Positions 10,722 to 20,353 of a stretch of DNA of 64,000 nucleotides are shown here, piece by piece (position 1 is the stretch's first letter; every line of letters starts with the position of its first letter). The stretch lies in IMG/VR virus record IMGVR_UViG_2513237213_000004, positions 9,381 to 73,380 of that record. One strand, 5' to 3'. The notes beneath the pieces are model-generated. The model did not search any database. It was not told where the DNA came from and worked only from the letters and a program-made list of their open reading frames with translations. The stretch comes from a virus (Duplodnaviria > Caudoviricetes). Both the position numbers and the translations under genes were made by a program.

Positions 10722-10770
10722 ATAATAAAAAAAAGCAGGGTTTTCACAACCCTACTTTGGAAAAAAATTT
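10722..10770 (-). promoter_or_regulatory. Candidate phage late promoter GGGTTGTGAAAA-N13-TATTAT (copy 1)
   Basis: Near-identical 30-mer at 32401-32430 with the same 13-nt spacing to TATTAT; points into the tail tip genes. Confidence 0.5.
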
Positions 10771-10842
10771 TATATTATGCAGGACTTCTTGATAAATTTG
10801 TTGAATACCCCATTGAAATTGAATTAAGGAGGGAGAAACAAC

Positions 10843-11673
10843 ATGAGTTTAAAAAACACTTTAGCTACCATGGTTTCCATAGCAGCAATCTTCGCACTCG
10901 TAGGCTGTGGCGGTCCTAAGACAGTGCAGAATCAGCAAGTTACCTTATCTTTAACCTACGGAGATAGGGCAGGAGTATACACTGGGGAGGTCAATGAACA
11001 AAACATTCCCAATGGCAAGGGGAAATTTGAAACCAAGAACTCCGCTGGTCAGACCTGGGTATATGAAGGCACATTTAAGGACGGTCATTTTGATGGCCAA
11101 GGTAAGACAACATGGCAAGGAATCAACCAGTCAGAAGAAGGCACATACTCCAATGACCGTTTAAACGGTCAGGGAAAAAGGACCTTTAGCGTAAATGGAA
11201 AACCGGAAACATACGAAGGTAACTTTGTATCTGGTATACCTATGAAGGCCGAAACCGTTGGCCTTAATACCGACGTTTCTTACGCCGATTGGACCTATAA
11301 AGTTACCGCCGTAAAAACACAGAAATCTGCGGGTAACAAACAGGCATCGGGCCAATTCCTTATTTTAACAATGGATACCCAGAACAATGGCCAACAAACC
11401 CGTCAGCCCGGCTCTGGTAATTTCTATGTACTTGCCGATACCAGCAATGGTAGGATTTACAAGATGGATAACGATGCTCCTGCGCAAATCCGCATAACGA
11501 CCAAGAATTTTAACAATCCTTGGTATCTGTCAGATGTTAATCCTGGGAATAAAGCAAATGGAATCCTTATTGTTTTTGATATTCCAGATGATGTTAACGT
11601 CAACAATCTTGTCCTCATTCCAAATCAAAGTCAAACCAAGGGTGATGTAACTCCTATAAAATTACAAATGTAA
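10843..11673 (+). CDS. Moron lipoprotein with MORN repeats and DUF4352-like domain
   Basis: Lipobox ALVGC, repeated YxGxFxxGxxxGxG, C-terminal WTYKVT...FLILT...VNPG...G.LIVFDIP; antisense to the late operon. Confidence 0.8.
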   Translation: MSLKNTLATMVSIAAIFALVGCGGPKTVQNQQVTLSLTYGDRAGVYTGEVNEQNIPNGKGKFETKNSAGQTWVYEGTFKDGHFDGQGKTTWQGINQSEEGTYSNDRLNGQGKRTFSVNGKPETYEGNFVSGIPMKAETVGLNTDVSYADWTYKVTAVKTQKSAGNKQASGQFLILTMDTQNNGQQTRQPGSGNFYVLADTSNGRIYKMDNDAPAQIRITTKNFNNPWYLSDVNPGNKANGILIVFDIPDDVNVNNLVLIPNQSQTKGDVTPIKLQM

Positions 11674-11677
11674 ACGC

Positions 11678-11711
11678 AAAAAAGCCCCATCACTTAGATG
11701 GGTTTTTTGTT
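11678..11711. terminator. Bidirectional intrinsic terminator
   Basis: A-run, CCCATC-ACTTA-GATGGG hairpin, T-run, between convergent genes. Confidence 0.75.
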
Positions 11712-11723
11712 TTAGTCTTTGAA

Positions 11724-11927
11724 TTAACCTTTGATAGATGACAGAACTTCTTCGGCGGACAGATTGTTAGTAACCATGTATTCCATGAGTTCCTTATAAT
11801 CCTCCTTAGCCTTAGCAGATTTCAGTTCACCTAGTTTACCTTTGAGAGCCTTGATTTCATTCTGCTTCTTCTCGATCTTTGCTTCGAGAGCACTGATTTT
11901 TTCTTCGTAATTCACTTTTCTTGCCAT
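11724..11927 (-). CDS. Small coiled-coil protein (moron)
   Basis: 67 aa; SD GGAGG; own promoter upstream. Confidence 0.75.
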   Translation of the reverse strand: MARKVNYEEKISALEAKIEKKQNEIKALKGKLGELKSAKAKEDYKELMEYMVTNNLSAEEVLSSIKG

Positions 11928-11959
11928 TGTAAAATCCTCCTAAAAATAATATATCATAT

Positions 11960-11988
11960 ATATTACATTATTCGTTAGTAATTTGCAA
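11960..11988 (-). promoter_or_regulatory. Sigma70-type promoter TTGCAA-17-TAATAT with TG extension
   Basis: Read directly from the sequence. Confidence 0.65.
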
Positions 11989-12028
11989 GCAACACATGAC
12001 TAAGTTACCAGGTAATATACTTGTATAT

Positions 12029-12544
12029 TTACTGTTTTTCTTTATTGTCTGGCAAAGAAAATTGCTCTCCGCACCGCATACACTTATAGCCAGACTTCCA
12101 AACTTTTAATTTCTCACACGCCTCCCTGTATCCATCTTTGTGTAATGCGTGATAGGAGAACCCCAAAATCATAAAAACTGCACCTACGCCAAACGCGGTC
12201 AATCCATCTTTTGTAGATAGCGAAAGCAATAAAAACATAGTTCCCAATATATAAAAAGATACATATTTTGTTTTATATGATTTATATGTAGGCTTCTTTT
12301 CTAATATCCTCAATGCTTTGATATCTTCCGATTTACATTTAGGACATTGATAGTCTGGATTTCCTTGATTAATTATATTGATATTTGCTCCATCGTAATT
12401 ATTGGTTACATATGTATTATAGTTATTAATTGCCTTCTCGGTTATAAAAGCAGTTCCACAATGCTTACAAATTCCAGCCTCCTTAGTATCATCTACTTCT
12501 ATCGCAGCCCCACATTGAGTGCATCTAGCCGGTATGAACCCCAT
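12029..12544 (-). CDS. Zinc-ribbon membrane protein (moron)
   Basis: CxxC pairs (CTQC, CKHC, CPKC, CMRC) and two hydrophobic helices. Confidence 0.75.
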   Translation of the reverse strand: MGFIPARCTQCGAAIEVDDTKEAGICKHCGTAFITEKAINNYNTYVTNNYDGANINIINQGNPDYQCPKCKSEDIKALRILEKKPTYKSYKTKYVSFYILGTMFLLLSLSTKDGLTAFGVGAVFMILGFSYHALHKDGYREACEKLKVWKSGYKCMRCGEQFSLPDNKEKQ

Positions 12545-12622
12545 GTATATCCCTCCATTCCTAGAACCCCAATATCCTTTTGCTATTTTCTACCTTTCTC
12601 TTTTGATTTCCTCCCCACAAAC

Positions 12623-12659
12623 AAAAAAATGACCTCCAAGGATTTCTCCCCAGAGGTCA
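12623..12659 (-). terminator. Intrinsic terminator after the tape measure gene
   Basis: TGACCTC...GAGGTCA stem followed by T7. Confidence 0.65.
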
Positions 12660-12665
12660 AACCTA

Positions 12666-15600
12666 TTACCGGAATCCCATCCGCTGATTCCTTCCCAGAA
12701 TAGCATTGAGAGCCCGTGGATTCTCTGCCAGTGCTTTCATCACCTGCTCCGAAGATGCCTGCGTATTGAGCACCACCAGGCCACCACCGTTCCCGTCTTT
12801 GCCCATGTTCCGCAACAAGTCAGTTTGCTGCGCCATGAGGCTTTCCATCTTTGCATTGGGATTATCGCGGTTAAGGACCGCCGCTTTCCTCGTTACATTG
12901 GCGGAAATATGGGGAACATACGGAGTGGGGGCAATAGCACCGCCATCAGCGTATTTACCATAGTTCATCTTGTCAAGTGTATCCTTGCCGATGCGCTTAG
13001 TAGCTTCGGCGGTCATCACATATTCGCCATTGGACAAATATACGAATCGATCTTTGTTACCGATGTAAGCCAGGATACTATCACTGGTTCCCGTTCCGGC
13101 CCCGGTGATTGCTCCTGCGGTTTGACCACCGGACGCATAGCCAGGAATCGTGCCTCCCGTGGCCCTTCCTGGGATATCGCCGCCATCAGCGAACTTCATA
13201 CCAGCGCGGACCAACAAAGCCCTTAGCTGGATTTTCAAGAGTTGTTGCAATGCAAATTTACCAATGTCAGCCCAAAGTTCCTTGAAGGAATCTTTGAAGG
13301 ATTTACCCTCGGCCAACACATTGGTAAACATGTTGGTCATGCCATTGAGAATCATGTTATTGAACTCTAATTCTACTTTGTTTATTTCCTTCTCTTTATC
13401 CTGGAGGGCCTTTGTGGTTTCATTGACTTCTTTCCGGGTATCCTGCTCGGCCTGGGTTCCCACGTTAGCCAGGGAATTCCACTCTTGACTAAGGCGTTTG
13501 ACTTCGGCCTCCTGCTTGGCTATATCGTCGTTTAACGTTGCTCCTTTGCCATTACTACGGAGGTCAGCAAGTTTCGCAGAAGCCTTCTCGTATTCCTCTA
13601 GCTTTTGCTCACGAAGAATATCTCCTTCCTCCTTGGCTTCTAGGGCCGCAGCCTTCTTACGTTCTAGCTGGTCACGCAGGATATCCCTCTGGGCTTCCAA
13701 GACATCCTGTTTCCCCTTGGGGTTTCCATCGCCATACGGGTGGGCCAATTCATAGTCAGTATCCATTTTATCAATGAGATACTTATCCATGTCATCCTGG
13801 TTCATAAAGCCCGCAGCCTTTTCCCATGCCTGGCGTTGGTCCTCAATGGCCTTCGTGGTTTTTACCACCTTCTGCCGGATCTTTTCTTCGGCCTCTACCT
13901 GCTTCTTAAAGGAACCATCAGCATCATTGGTAAGCTCGGCCAATGCTTTACGCTCTGCCGGGACAAGTTCTTCCCAAGTTTTTCCCTTTTTAGCAAGGGC
14001 CACACCGATTTCCTTATGAGAATCCAAGTACGCCTTGATATTCGCCTGCGTAGAACTAAGGGCATTTTCCAGTTCACCCTGGGACCACTTCAACATATTC
14101 AGCTTCATATCGGCCACCGCTAAGTTTACTCTGTCCTCCGCAGACTTTCCACCGTTAAGAAAATCTATCGACTTAGCTTTCCAGGTTTTTGTATCCGCGT
14201 TCTCATAAGCCATCTGCTCTTTATAAAGAATTTCCTGATATCTATCCGGCTGGAAATCATTGATACTCTTTGGGGCCTTCTTCCGGCCACCGATACTTTG
14301 CGTATACGGTTTCCCTGCCAAGGTATTTACCGAGATTACACCTTCAATACCAGTGTCAGCAAAAGCGGTTTGCCAGTTCGTAGTATAATAAGCGGATACG
14401 CCTTGGTTGCCACCGGCAGCATAGTAACCTTCACCGTTGGGGCCAATCATGATTACATGGCCTGCCTTGCCTCCGTTGCCATTCGTGTTCGTCAATGCGA
14501 TATCGCCGGGACGGACGGTGTACTGACCGGAGGTAATCTCCGAATAAGGATGGAAAGCATAGCTGGCTGCCTGGCTCCAATTCGTCGCTACCGGTGAAAG
14601 ATTATCAACGGTCTGCTGATCTACCCCGGCATTGACAAGCGCCTTCTGGATAAACGTTGTACATACCTTTCTGCCAATATCGCGCCAATCGCCGCCACCA
14701 TAGGGCTGACCTAATTCTTCCTTGGCTCCGGCGAGAACCTGGTCATTGAAAGAGGTGTAACCGCCAAAGTTATTATTATCGAAAGACCAGGAATTTAATT
14801 GTGCTTGTCTAAGGGCCATGATCTTGTCCCCATAACCAGAGCTCATGTCCCCGAAATACGCATTTAAAGCAGCCTTTAAGTCAACATGGCCATCGCTGGT
14901 CTTGGTATAGTCCGCCTTTTCAGCAAGGAGTTTTACTGCGGTCATAGCATTGTTAAGCGGATTAGAGATATCTCCTGTACCAAAGCGGTCAGCGTCGGCC
15001 TGTTGCACCTGGAACATACCAAAGTGTCCAGAGTGCATATAATCTTCCAGTAGGCTTCCATCGCCATTGTACTGCTTAATCGTAGTATCACCACCGGACT
15101 CATGGGCAGCTATGGCACGAAGCAAAGGTTCATCAAACCCGTATTGCTTTGCGGTTTCGGAATTTGCTGCGGCCCGGATAGCCATGGACAGATCATCGGT
15201 CAGCTTTTCATCAGCCTTCGGTTTTTGATGGCTAGTACGCGGGTGAGGCGTTCTTTCGTTGCCATACTTATTATTATCCGGAAGGGAATTCTGATGATTT
15301 TCCTCGGCCTTTTCCCTGCCCTCTATCAGAGCAGCCCTTGTAGCGGCTTCGGAAGCAAGATTTTCCTCTTTCTGCTCTTTTTCTTCCAGGCTTCCCAGAT
15401 TACCTTGTTCAGTTTTCAGATAATCTTCTATAGGGCCAACGTTGCCAATCTTCCCGGCTTCTTCCACGGCCTTATCCATATCCCCTTGAGCTTTGGCTAT
15501 TAATTCATCGGCTTTTGCAATTACTGCATCAGTACCGCCATTCCATTTCACTTCCAAGTCATTAAACCAGCCCATGATTCCGCCTAGTTTTCCATAGTTC

Positions 15601-18600
15601 TCTGCTGCGTCTTTCATCTTTTGAGCACTTTCCAAAGTAGCCTTTGCAGCATCGTATTTGCCCTGGTTCATCACACGGGCCAACCAGTTCCAACCTTCGC
15701 CGTTTCTCTTAACCTGCTTTAGTTCTTCCTGTAATGCCTCTATTCTGTGCCTCGTACTCTCAATTTGCGCCTTAGTAGCCTTAGCGTTCTCCTGTGCCGT
15801 GTTTGCTATATTTTTTTGCTCCTGGATACTTTTGCTTTTCTCTGTACCCATGTAATCCTTGATGGCCGTTAACTTAAACCCGTTGTCATCAAGGAATTGG
15901 CCAGCGTCAGTATGTAGGATTTCAGCGACGGTTTCTTCCATGTCCTTCAACTGCTCCTGCTTCGCCTTGTATTCCTCGCTGCCTTCGCTGACCGTAGCAA
16001 GACTCTCTTTGACCTTGTTATACGCTTCGGCCACCTGCAATACTGCGGTTTCCCGGCGCTCTGCCTGGTCATACTCCTGCTCTGCCGTGTCGATTTTCTC
16101 CTTGATAGCATCGGCAGCATCATGGGCAGCATTGGCTTCCTCGCCTTCTGCCATAGCGGTCATAAGGAGGTCTGCACCCATGGTAGCAGCGATTGTAGCA
16201 ATGATGGTCATAGGACCACCAAGGGCCGATATTGCCGTGGTCAAGGTACGAGAAGTAACCGTGGCCACACGCTCTGCCGCTGCAAACGCAGAAGTAGCCA
16301 AAGCACCCGCACGAAGGACAATGTTCTTCCGGCCTACTGCTGCCGTTCCTGCGGTTTCTGCAACGGCCTCCCCGGTGGCAGCGCTGGCGTTTGCAGCTTT
16401 GCTTGCGGTATTAGCTGCGGTAGCTGCGGTATTTGCCGTAGTAGCTGCGGACTCTGCATGTTTAGCAGCCGTTGACGCACCAGTGCTTGCTGCATTGGCC
16501 GTTTCCGAAGCCGTATTTGTAGCCTTGGAAGCCGTGTTCGCCCCGGTCTGTGCCGTGTTAGATGCCTCGGCTGCTCCGTTGGTCCGTTGTGCCGCACTGT
16601 TTTGCTGCAACGCTATGGTTTCTTCCCGGATTTTCTGCGTATGTTCATTTCGTTCTTCGATGTCAGCACCGCTTCCCATGGTGCTCCTGCCGGTTCCCAG
16701 GGCCGCAGCACGTTCCGCACCTTTGGCTCGGCCTTCCTCCTTAGAGTCAGCGTACATATTACCGAAGAAACCTTCTGCCCGGTCACCTTTGCGATAATCC
16801 TCACTCATTCCCCAGGTAGTTCTTGCGGCTTCCTGCGCGGATACAATCTTGCCTAATGCTGCGGATGCAACCTTGATTGCTCCCAAGCCTGCTACAACGT
16901 ATCCTAGATACTTAGCCAATACAAGGACATTCGTCTGGCCTTTCCCGGCTTCCTCGGTCATTTTACGGAGCCCTGTGGTTATATCCCGGATCTGCGTTGC
17001 CAGCCACTTTAAGCTATCGAAGCCTCCCTGCTGACCAAGCGTAGCCACGAAATTCACGGCTTCTGCTTTGGCCTGTTCAAATTTACGCTTGATGGTATCC
17101 ATTTGTACGGCCACCTGCGCATCAGCAAACCCTTTGGTTTGACCATCGTTAAGAACACCCTGCATACGCAGAATTTCTTTGTAGTTTTTGAGGATTGCTG
17201 CAATTTTCGAGTATTGGTACTTGCCCCCAGCGAGAGTTGAAAGGAACTTCGTAGTATCCTTGCTTGTACTGCTCACGGCCAAGGATACATCGAGAATCTG
17301 CTTTTCCAGGGAACGCACATGCTCTACGCCATCGGTTCCCAATTCTCTCGTTTTAATGCCCCAGAGTTTCAGCGCCTTATCAGCCTTGCCGGAACCCATG
17401 GTTACAAACAAGGACTTTAATGCCTGTCCAATCTCATTACCGCTGCGGGCCGTAGTACGAACACCGGTTTCCACGAGCGATGTAAAGAAGGAGAAGGACA
17501 CGCCAGCCTGGGCTGCCGACGCACCAGCGACCTGGATTGCCTGGGAAATATCCTGGCCGGACGCAGCGCCGCTATGAGCAGCCCTGGTCCAGATATCAAT
17601 GATTTCCGAAGAACGGGTAAGCAGATCATTGGTATTTTCCGTCTGTAAATTCCACTGTGACATGGCCGCTTCCAGACCTTTCGTTGCTTCTTCCATGGAG
17701 AACGCATCGGCAACGGCCATCTTTGCTGCTTGGTCCGTGAAAAGTTTTGTATTGACCACACCATTTTCACCCTGTCCATACATACGACCAATGGAACGAG
17801 CAGCCTCTAATACCTCATCGGTGCTCTGACCATACTTACCAGCAATGCTGATGAAATCCGTCATAGCCTTGTTCATCTTCTCTGTTTCTTCGGCAAAACC
17901 TACGGCATCGGAGGCTTTCATATTCGGATTAGCTTCGATGGACGGGATAACCTGCCGGATAGCAGCCATGCGATAATCAATGTTGGTCATTTCGTTTTCC
18001 GCCAACGTAGGAACACCGGCAGCAACGCCAATGGCTGCACCCGTGGTAATCCACTGTAAATGCGACATTGCTTTACGAGCAAATTCAGATTGAGTACGAG
18101 AAGCTCCCTGGATGCTCCGCTGATATCTATCGTATTCCCTTTCGGTCTGTTGGAGTGCGCGACGAGTTTCTGCGAAAGCCTGTAGATTCTCCTGCGTAGG
18201 AGCTTTGCGATACGTCGCGTACAGAGATTCACACCGGGACTGTAACCGGCGAAGTTCCTGCTCATACGAGCGTACTTCTGTGGTCTGGTTACCAAGATTC
18301 TTGCCAAGGGCCGAAGCGTCCCTGGCCGCCGTAGATGCTGCATTGAAAGACTTTGCGTCACTAAAGCCAATCACCGGATTGACCGGAGCCACTTCCAACG
18401 CTCTCTTACCGCCAAGAACGCGTAACTGTTCCCGGTACTCTCTGGTTACCCGCTGCGCTGCCTGCAATTCTTCGTCTGTAAGCTGCCTGCCGCGGGAAAT
18501 CGCAACATTCCATTTTTCCGCATCGGCTTTTACCTTGTCCCAAACCTGGCGAAGTTCCTTGCTGCCACCATAGTTCCCGGCCAGGGCATCGTTTCTCGCA

Positions 18601-19508
18601 TTGATGACGCTACGGTTATTAGCGACGTTTCCACGCACCGTATCATTGATTTTCTTGCGGTTCGCCTTCTCCGTTGCCTCGGCAATGGCTTGCTCTTGTT
18701 CCAGGATTTTCTTCTGGTTCGCAATTTCAGCCCTCTGCTTTGCAAGGATACCTTCGTGAATCTTAGCAATGTTCTCCTTGACCTCGCGCAACTGGTTACT
18801 CTCGCGGACCTCTTTAGCATAGTTTACCCATCCGCCCTTTTTAGCATAAGGATTTTCCACGGCTTCCAGGCCATAGTTTTCCAGCGTCTTATTGGCACTG
18901 TTAATCATAGAGCGATATTTGTTAAACGTGCTCTGGGCCAGGGCCTTATGACGCTGCATGGACCGGTCATAGGCTTTCAGTGCGCTTTCCTGTGATTTAA
19001 TCGCTGCGGTTACTTCGTCAAACTGTGCTTTAGCCTTGGCTCCCAGGATATTATTAAGATCCAGACTCTTAATACGCTGCATTTCATCTTGGACCATCTT
19101 AATCTGGGAAAGAACCATGTCCAGGCTCTTGGTTTGCTTGGAGTCAGCAAAACGAATGATACCGCCACGCATAAGATGCTCTTTTTCTGCATTTAACTCT
19201 CGGAGAATCTTCCGAAGTGAAACCATGTTATTCGTGAGGTCAGTGAAACCTTCATCTACGCCTTTGCCTTTCAGATCCAGCTTGCCTATTTCATCGCCAA
19301 CACTTTTTACCGCCTTGGCAAATCTATTTGCTCCACCAGTAGCCGCATCGAAGCCATCTTTGCCCCCGAACTTGGTTACTTCATGGTTGAGTTCCTTGAA
19401 CGTGCTCTCGAAAGCCTTTGTGTCATTCCGGATGCTCTCTAAGCGCCGTTTGAAGTAATCAACGTCAAGTTCGACTGTATATTTCAATGTTCTATCGTTA
19501 TCAGCCAA
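12666..19508 (-). CDS. Tape measure protein with lytic transglycosylase and NlpC/P60-CHAP-like domains
   Basis: 2280 aa helical protein; TP901-type core (AAHSGAASGQDISQAI, GNEIGQALKSLF); AIAAHESGG..GMFQV..NAMTAVKLL..ALNAY (SLT); LGQPY..CTTF..PGDIAL..GHVIMI; C-terminal FADGG/GTGTSDSILA motifs. Confidence 0.9.
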   Translation of the reverse strand: MADNDRTLKYTVELDVDYFKRRLESIRNDTKAFESTFKELNHEVTKFGGKDGFDAATGGANRFAKAVKSVGDEIGKLDLKGKGVDEGFTDLTNNMVSLRKILRELNAEKEHLMRGGIIRFADSKQTKSLDMVLSQIKMVQDEMQRIKSLDLNNILGAKAKAQFDEVTAAIKSQESALKAYDRSMQRHKALAQSTFNKYRSMINSANKTLENYGLEAVENPYAKKGGWVNYAKEVRESNQLREVKENIAKIHEGILAKQRAEIANQKKILEQEQAIAEATEKANRKKINDTVRGNVANNRSVINARNDALAGNYGGSKELRQVWDKVKADAEKWNVAISRGRQLTDEELQAAQRVTREYREQLRVLGGKRALEVAPVNPVIGFSDAKSFNAASTAARDASALGKNLGNQTTEVRSYEQELRRLQSRCESLYATYRKAPTQENLQAFAETRRALQQTEREYDRYQRSIQGASRTQSEFARKAMSHLQWITTGAAIGVAAGVPTLAENEMTNIDYRMAAIRQVIPSIEANPNMKASDAVGFAEETEKMNKAMTDFISIAGKYGQSTDEVLEAARSIGRMYGQGENGVVNTKLFTDQAAKMAVADAFSMEEATKGLEAAMSQWNLQTENTNDLLTRSSEIIDIWTRAAHSGAASGQDISQAIQVAGASAAQAGVSFSFFTSLVETGVRTTARSGNEIGQALKSLFVTMGSGKADKALKLWGIKTRELGTDGVEHVRSLEKQILDVSLAVSSTSKDTTKFLSTLAGGKYQYSKIAAILKNYKEILRMQGVLNDGQTKGFADAQVAVQMDTIKRKFEQAKAEAVNFVATLGQQGGFDSLKWLATQIRDITTGLRKMTEEAGKGQTNVLVLAKYLGYVVAGLGAIKVASAALGKIVSAQEAARTTWGMSEDYRKGDRAEGFFGNMYADSKEEGRAKGAERAAALGTGRSTMGSGADIEERNEHTQKIREETIALQQNSAAQRTNGAAEASNTAQTGANTASKATNTASETANAASTGASTAAKHAESAATTANTAATAANTASKAANASAATGEAVAETAGTAAVGRKNIVLRAGALATSAFAAAERVATVTSRTLTTAISALGGPMTIIATIAATMGADLLMTAMAEGEEANAAHDAADAIKEKIDTAEQEYDQAERRETAVLQVAEAYNKVKESLATVSEGSEEYKAKQEQLKDMEETVAEILHTDAGQFLDDNGFKLTAIKDYMGTEKSKSIQEQKNIANTAQENAKATKAQIESTRHRIEALQEELKQVKRNGEGWNWLARVMNQGKYDAAKATLESAQKMKDAAENYGKLGGIMGWFNDLEVKWNGGTDAVIAKADELIAKAQGDMDKAVEEAGKIGNVGPIEDYLKTEQGNLGSLEEKEQKEENLASEAATRAALIEGREKAEENHQNSLPDNNKYGNERTPHPRTSHQKPKADEKLTDDLSMAIRAAANSETAKQYGFDEPLLRAIAAHESGGDTTIKQYNGDGSLLEDYMHSGHFGMFQVQQADADRFGTGDISNPLNNAMTAVKLLAEKADYTKTSDGHVDLKAALNAYFGDMSSGYGDKIMALRQAQLNSWSFDNNNFGGYTSFNDQVLAGAKEELGQPYGGGDWRDIGRKVCTTFIQKALVNAGVDQQTVDNLSPVATNWSQAASYAFHPYSEITSGQYTVRPGDIALTNTNGNGGKAGHVIMIGPNGEGYYAAGGNQGVSAYYTTNWQTAFADTGIEGVISVNTLAGKPYTQSIGGRKKAPKSINDFQPDRYQEILYKEQMAYENADTKTWKAKSIDFLNGGKSAEDRVNLAVADMKLNMLKWSQGELENALSSTQANIKAYLDSHKEIGVALAKKGKTWEELVPAERKALAELTNDADGSFKKQVEAEEKIRQKVVKTTKAIEDQRQAWEKAAGFMNQDDMDKYLIDKMDTDYELAHPYGDGNPKGKQDVLEAQRDILRDQLERKKAAALEAKEEGDILREQKLEEYEKASAKLADLRSNGKGATLNDDIAKQEAEVKRLSQEWNSLANVGTQAEQDTRKEVNETTKALQDKEKEINKVELEFNNMILNGMTNMFTNVLAEGKSFKDSFKELWADIGKFALQQLLKIQLRALLVRAGMKFADGGDIPGRATGGTIPGYASGGQTAGAITGAGTGTSDSILAYIGNKDRFVYLSNGEYVMTAEATKRIGKDTLDKMNYGKYADGGAIAPTPYVPHISANVTRKAAVLNRDNPNAKMESLMAQQTDLLRNMGKDGNGGGLVVLNTQASSEQVMKALAENPRALNAILGRNQRMGFR

Positions 19509-19653
19509 CTTTTATCACTCTCCTTATATTCTTGTCCACGAGGTTCGCCCATATAGCCCTTCTACGCTATCACCTATATAAACTATTGCGTCCACCTCTA
19601 AAATCGCTCTACGGGCCTCCTACGGCTTCTGTGAGCATTTCCGGGTAAAAACC

Positions 19654-19682
19654 TTGCATTGCTAAAAATACAGTGCTATAAT
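19654..19682 (+). promoter_or_regulatory. Sigma70-type promoter TTGCAT-17-TATAAT (extended -10)
   Basis: Read directly from the sequence. Confidence 0.7.
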
Positions 19683-19904
19683 ACTCAATGTTGTCACACT
19701 TAATTTCATATTGCGACCATGAATCATTTCACGCTAACATAAGCGGATTAAAAACTCCTACTTATGAACCCGGCATATAAAAAATGCGGGGGGTATTTCA
19801 AATTGCTGACTGTGGCCTTGTACCCTTGCGCTCAACCGAAAAACCGCAACGCGGTAAAGGACATAGGAAGCACAAATATTTTTTATTCTCTTGGAGGGAT
19901 TCTC

Positions 19905-20081
19905 ATGGAAAACATGAATAACGTCGCAATTGTAAATGAAATTAAGGGTAAACTTATCGGAGCCGAGCAAATTCTTTTTTTGCTCAACCAAAACGGCACC
20001 AATGATGACTACGAGGACGTTATTGAAATTGTCCGTAATACTCTCTCAGATGCCATGGAGCTTACTGATAAAATACTGTGA
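19905..20081 (+). CDS. 58-aa hypothetical moron protein
   Basis: SD GGAGG 7 nt before the ATG at 19905 (track ORF starts at 19764); promoter upstream, terminator downstream. Confidence 0.6.
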   Translation: MENMNNVAIVNEIKGKLIGAEQILFLLNQNGTNDDYEDVIEIVRNTLSDAMELTDKIL

Positions 20082-20085
20082 CGAA

Positions 20086-20119
20086 CTAAAGGTACGATGG
20101 TTAACATCGTGCCTTTTTT
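20086..20119 (+). terminator. Intrinsic terminator
   Basis: GGTACGATG-GTTAA-CATCGTGCC followed by T6. Confidence 0.7.
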
Positions 20120-20353
20120 ATTCGCCAAGTAATGCCCGGATAGCATCGTCACCTTCCAAAACTTCTCCGGAAGAATCACCGTTTAATTCCGCTTGTTCTT
20201 TTTCTGCATTTTCGCTAAGGCCAAGCAATAAATCTTCCATCTGGTTAATCCTTAAATTCTCGATATCCTCCATTGTGAGGCTTGTGTTTTTAACTAAGGA
20301 CGCAAAAAGATTACGCCAATGAGTTTCTTCGCCCTTCTTTATTTCTGTTTTTT
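20118..20353 (-). CDS. Tail assembly chaperone C-terminal extension (gpGT-like), reached by -1 frameshift
   Basis: The -1 frame after the slippery T-TTA-AAA reads ...HWRNLFASLVKNTSLTMEDIENLRINQMEDLL...LLGE*. Confidence 0.75.
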
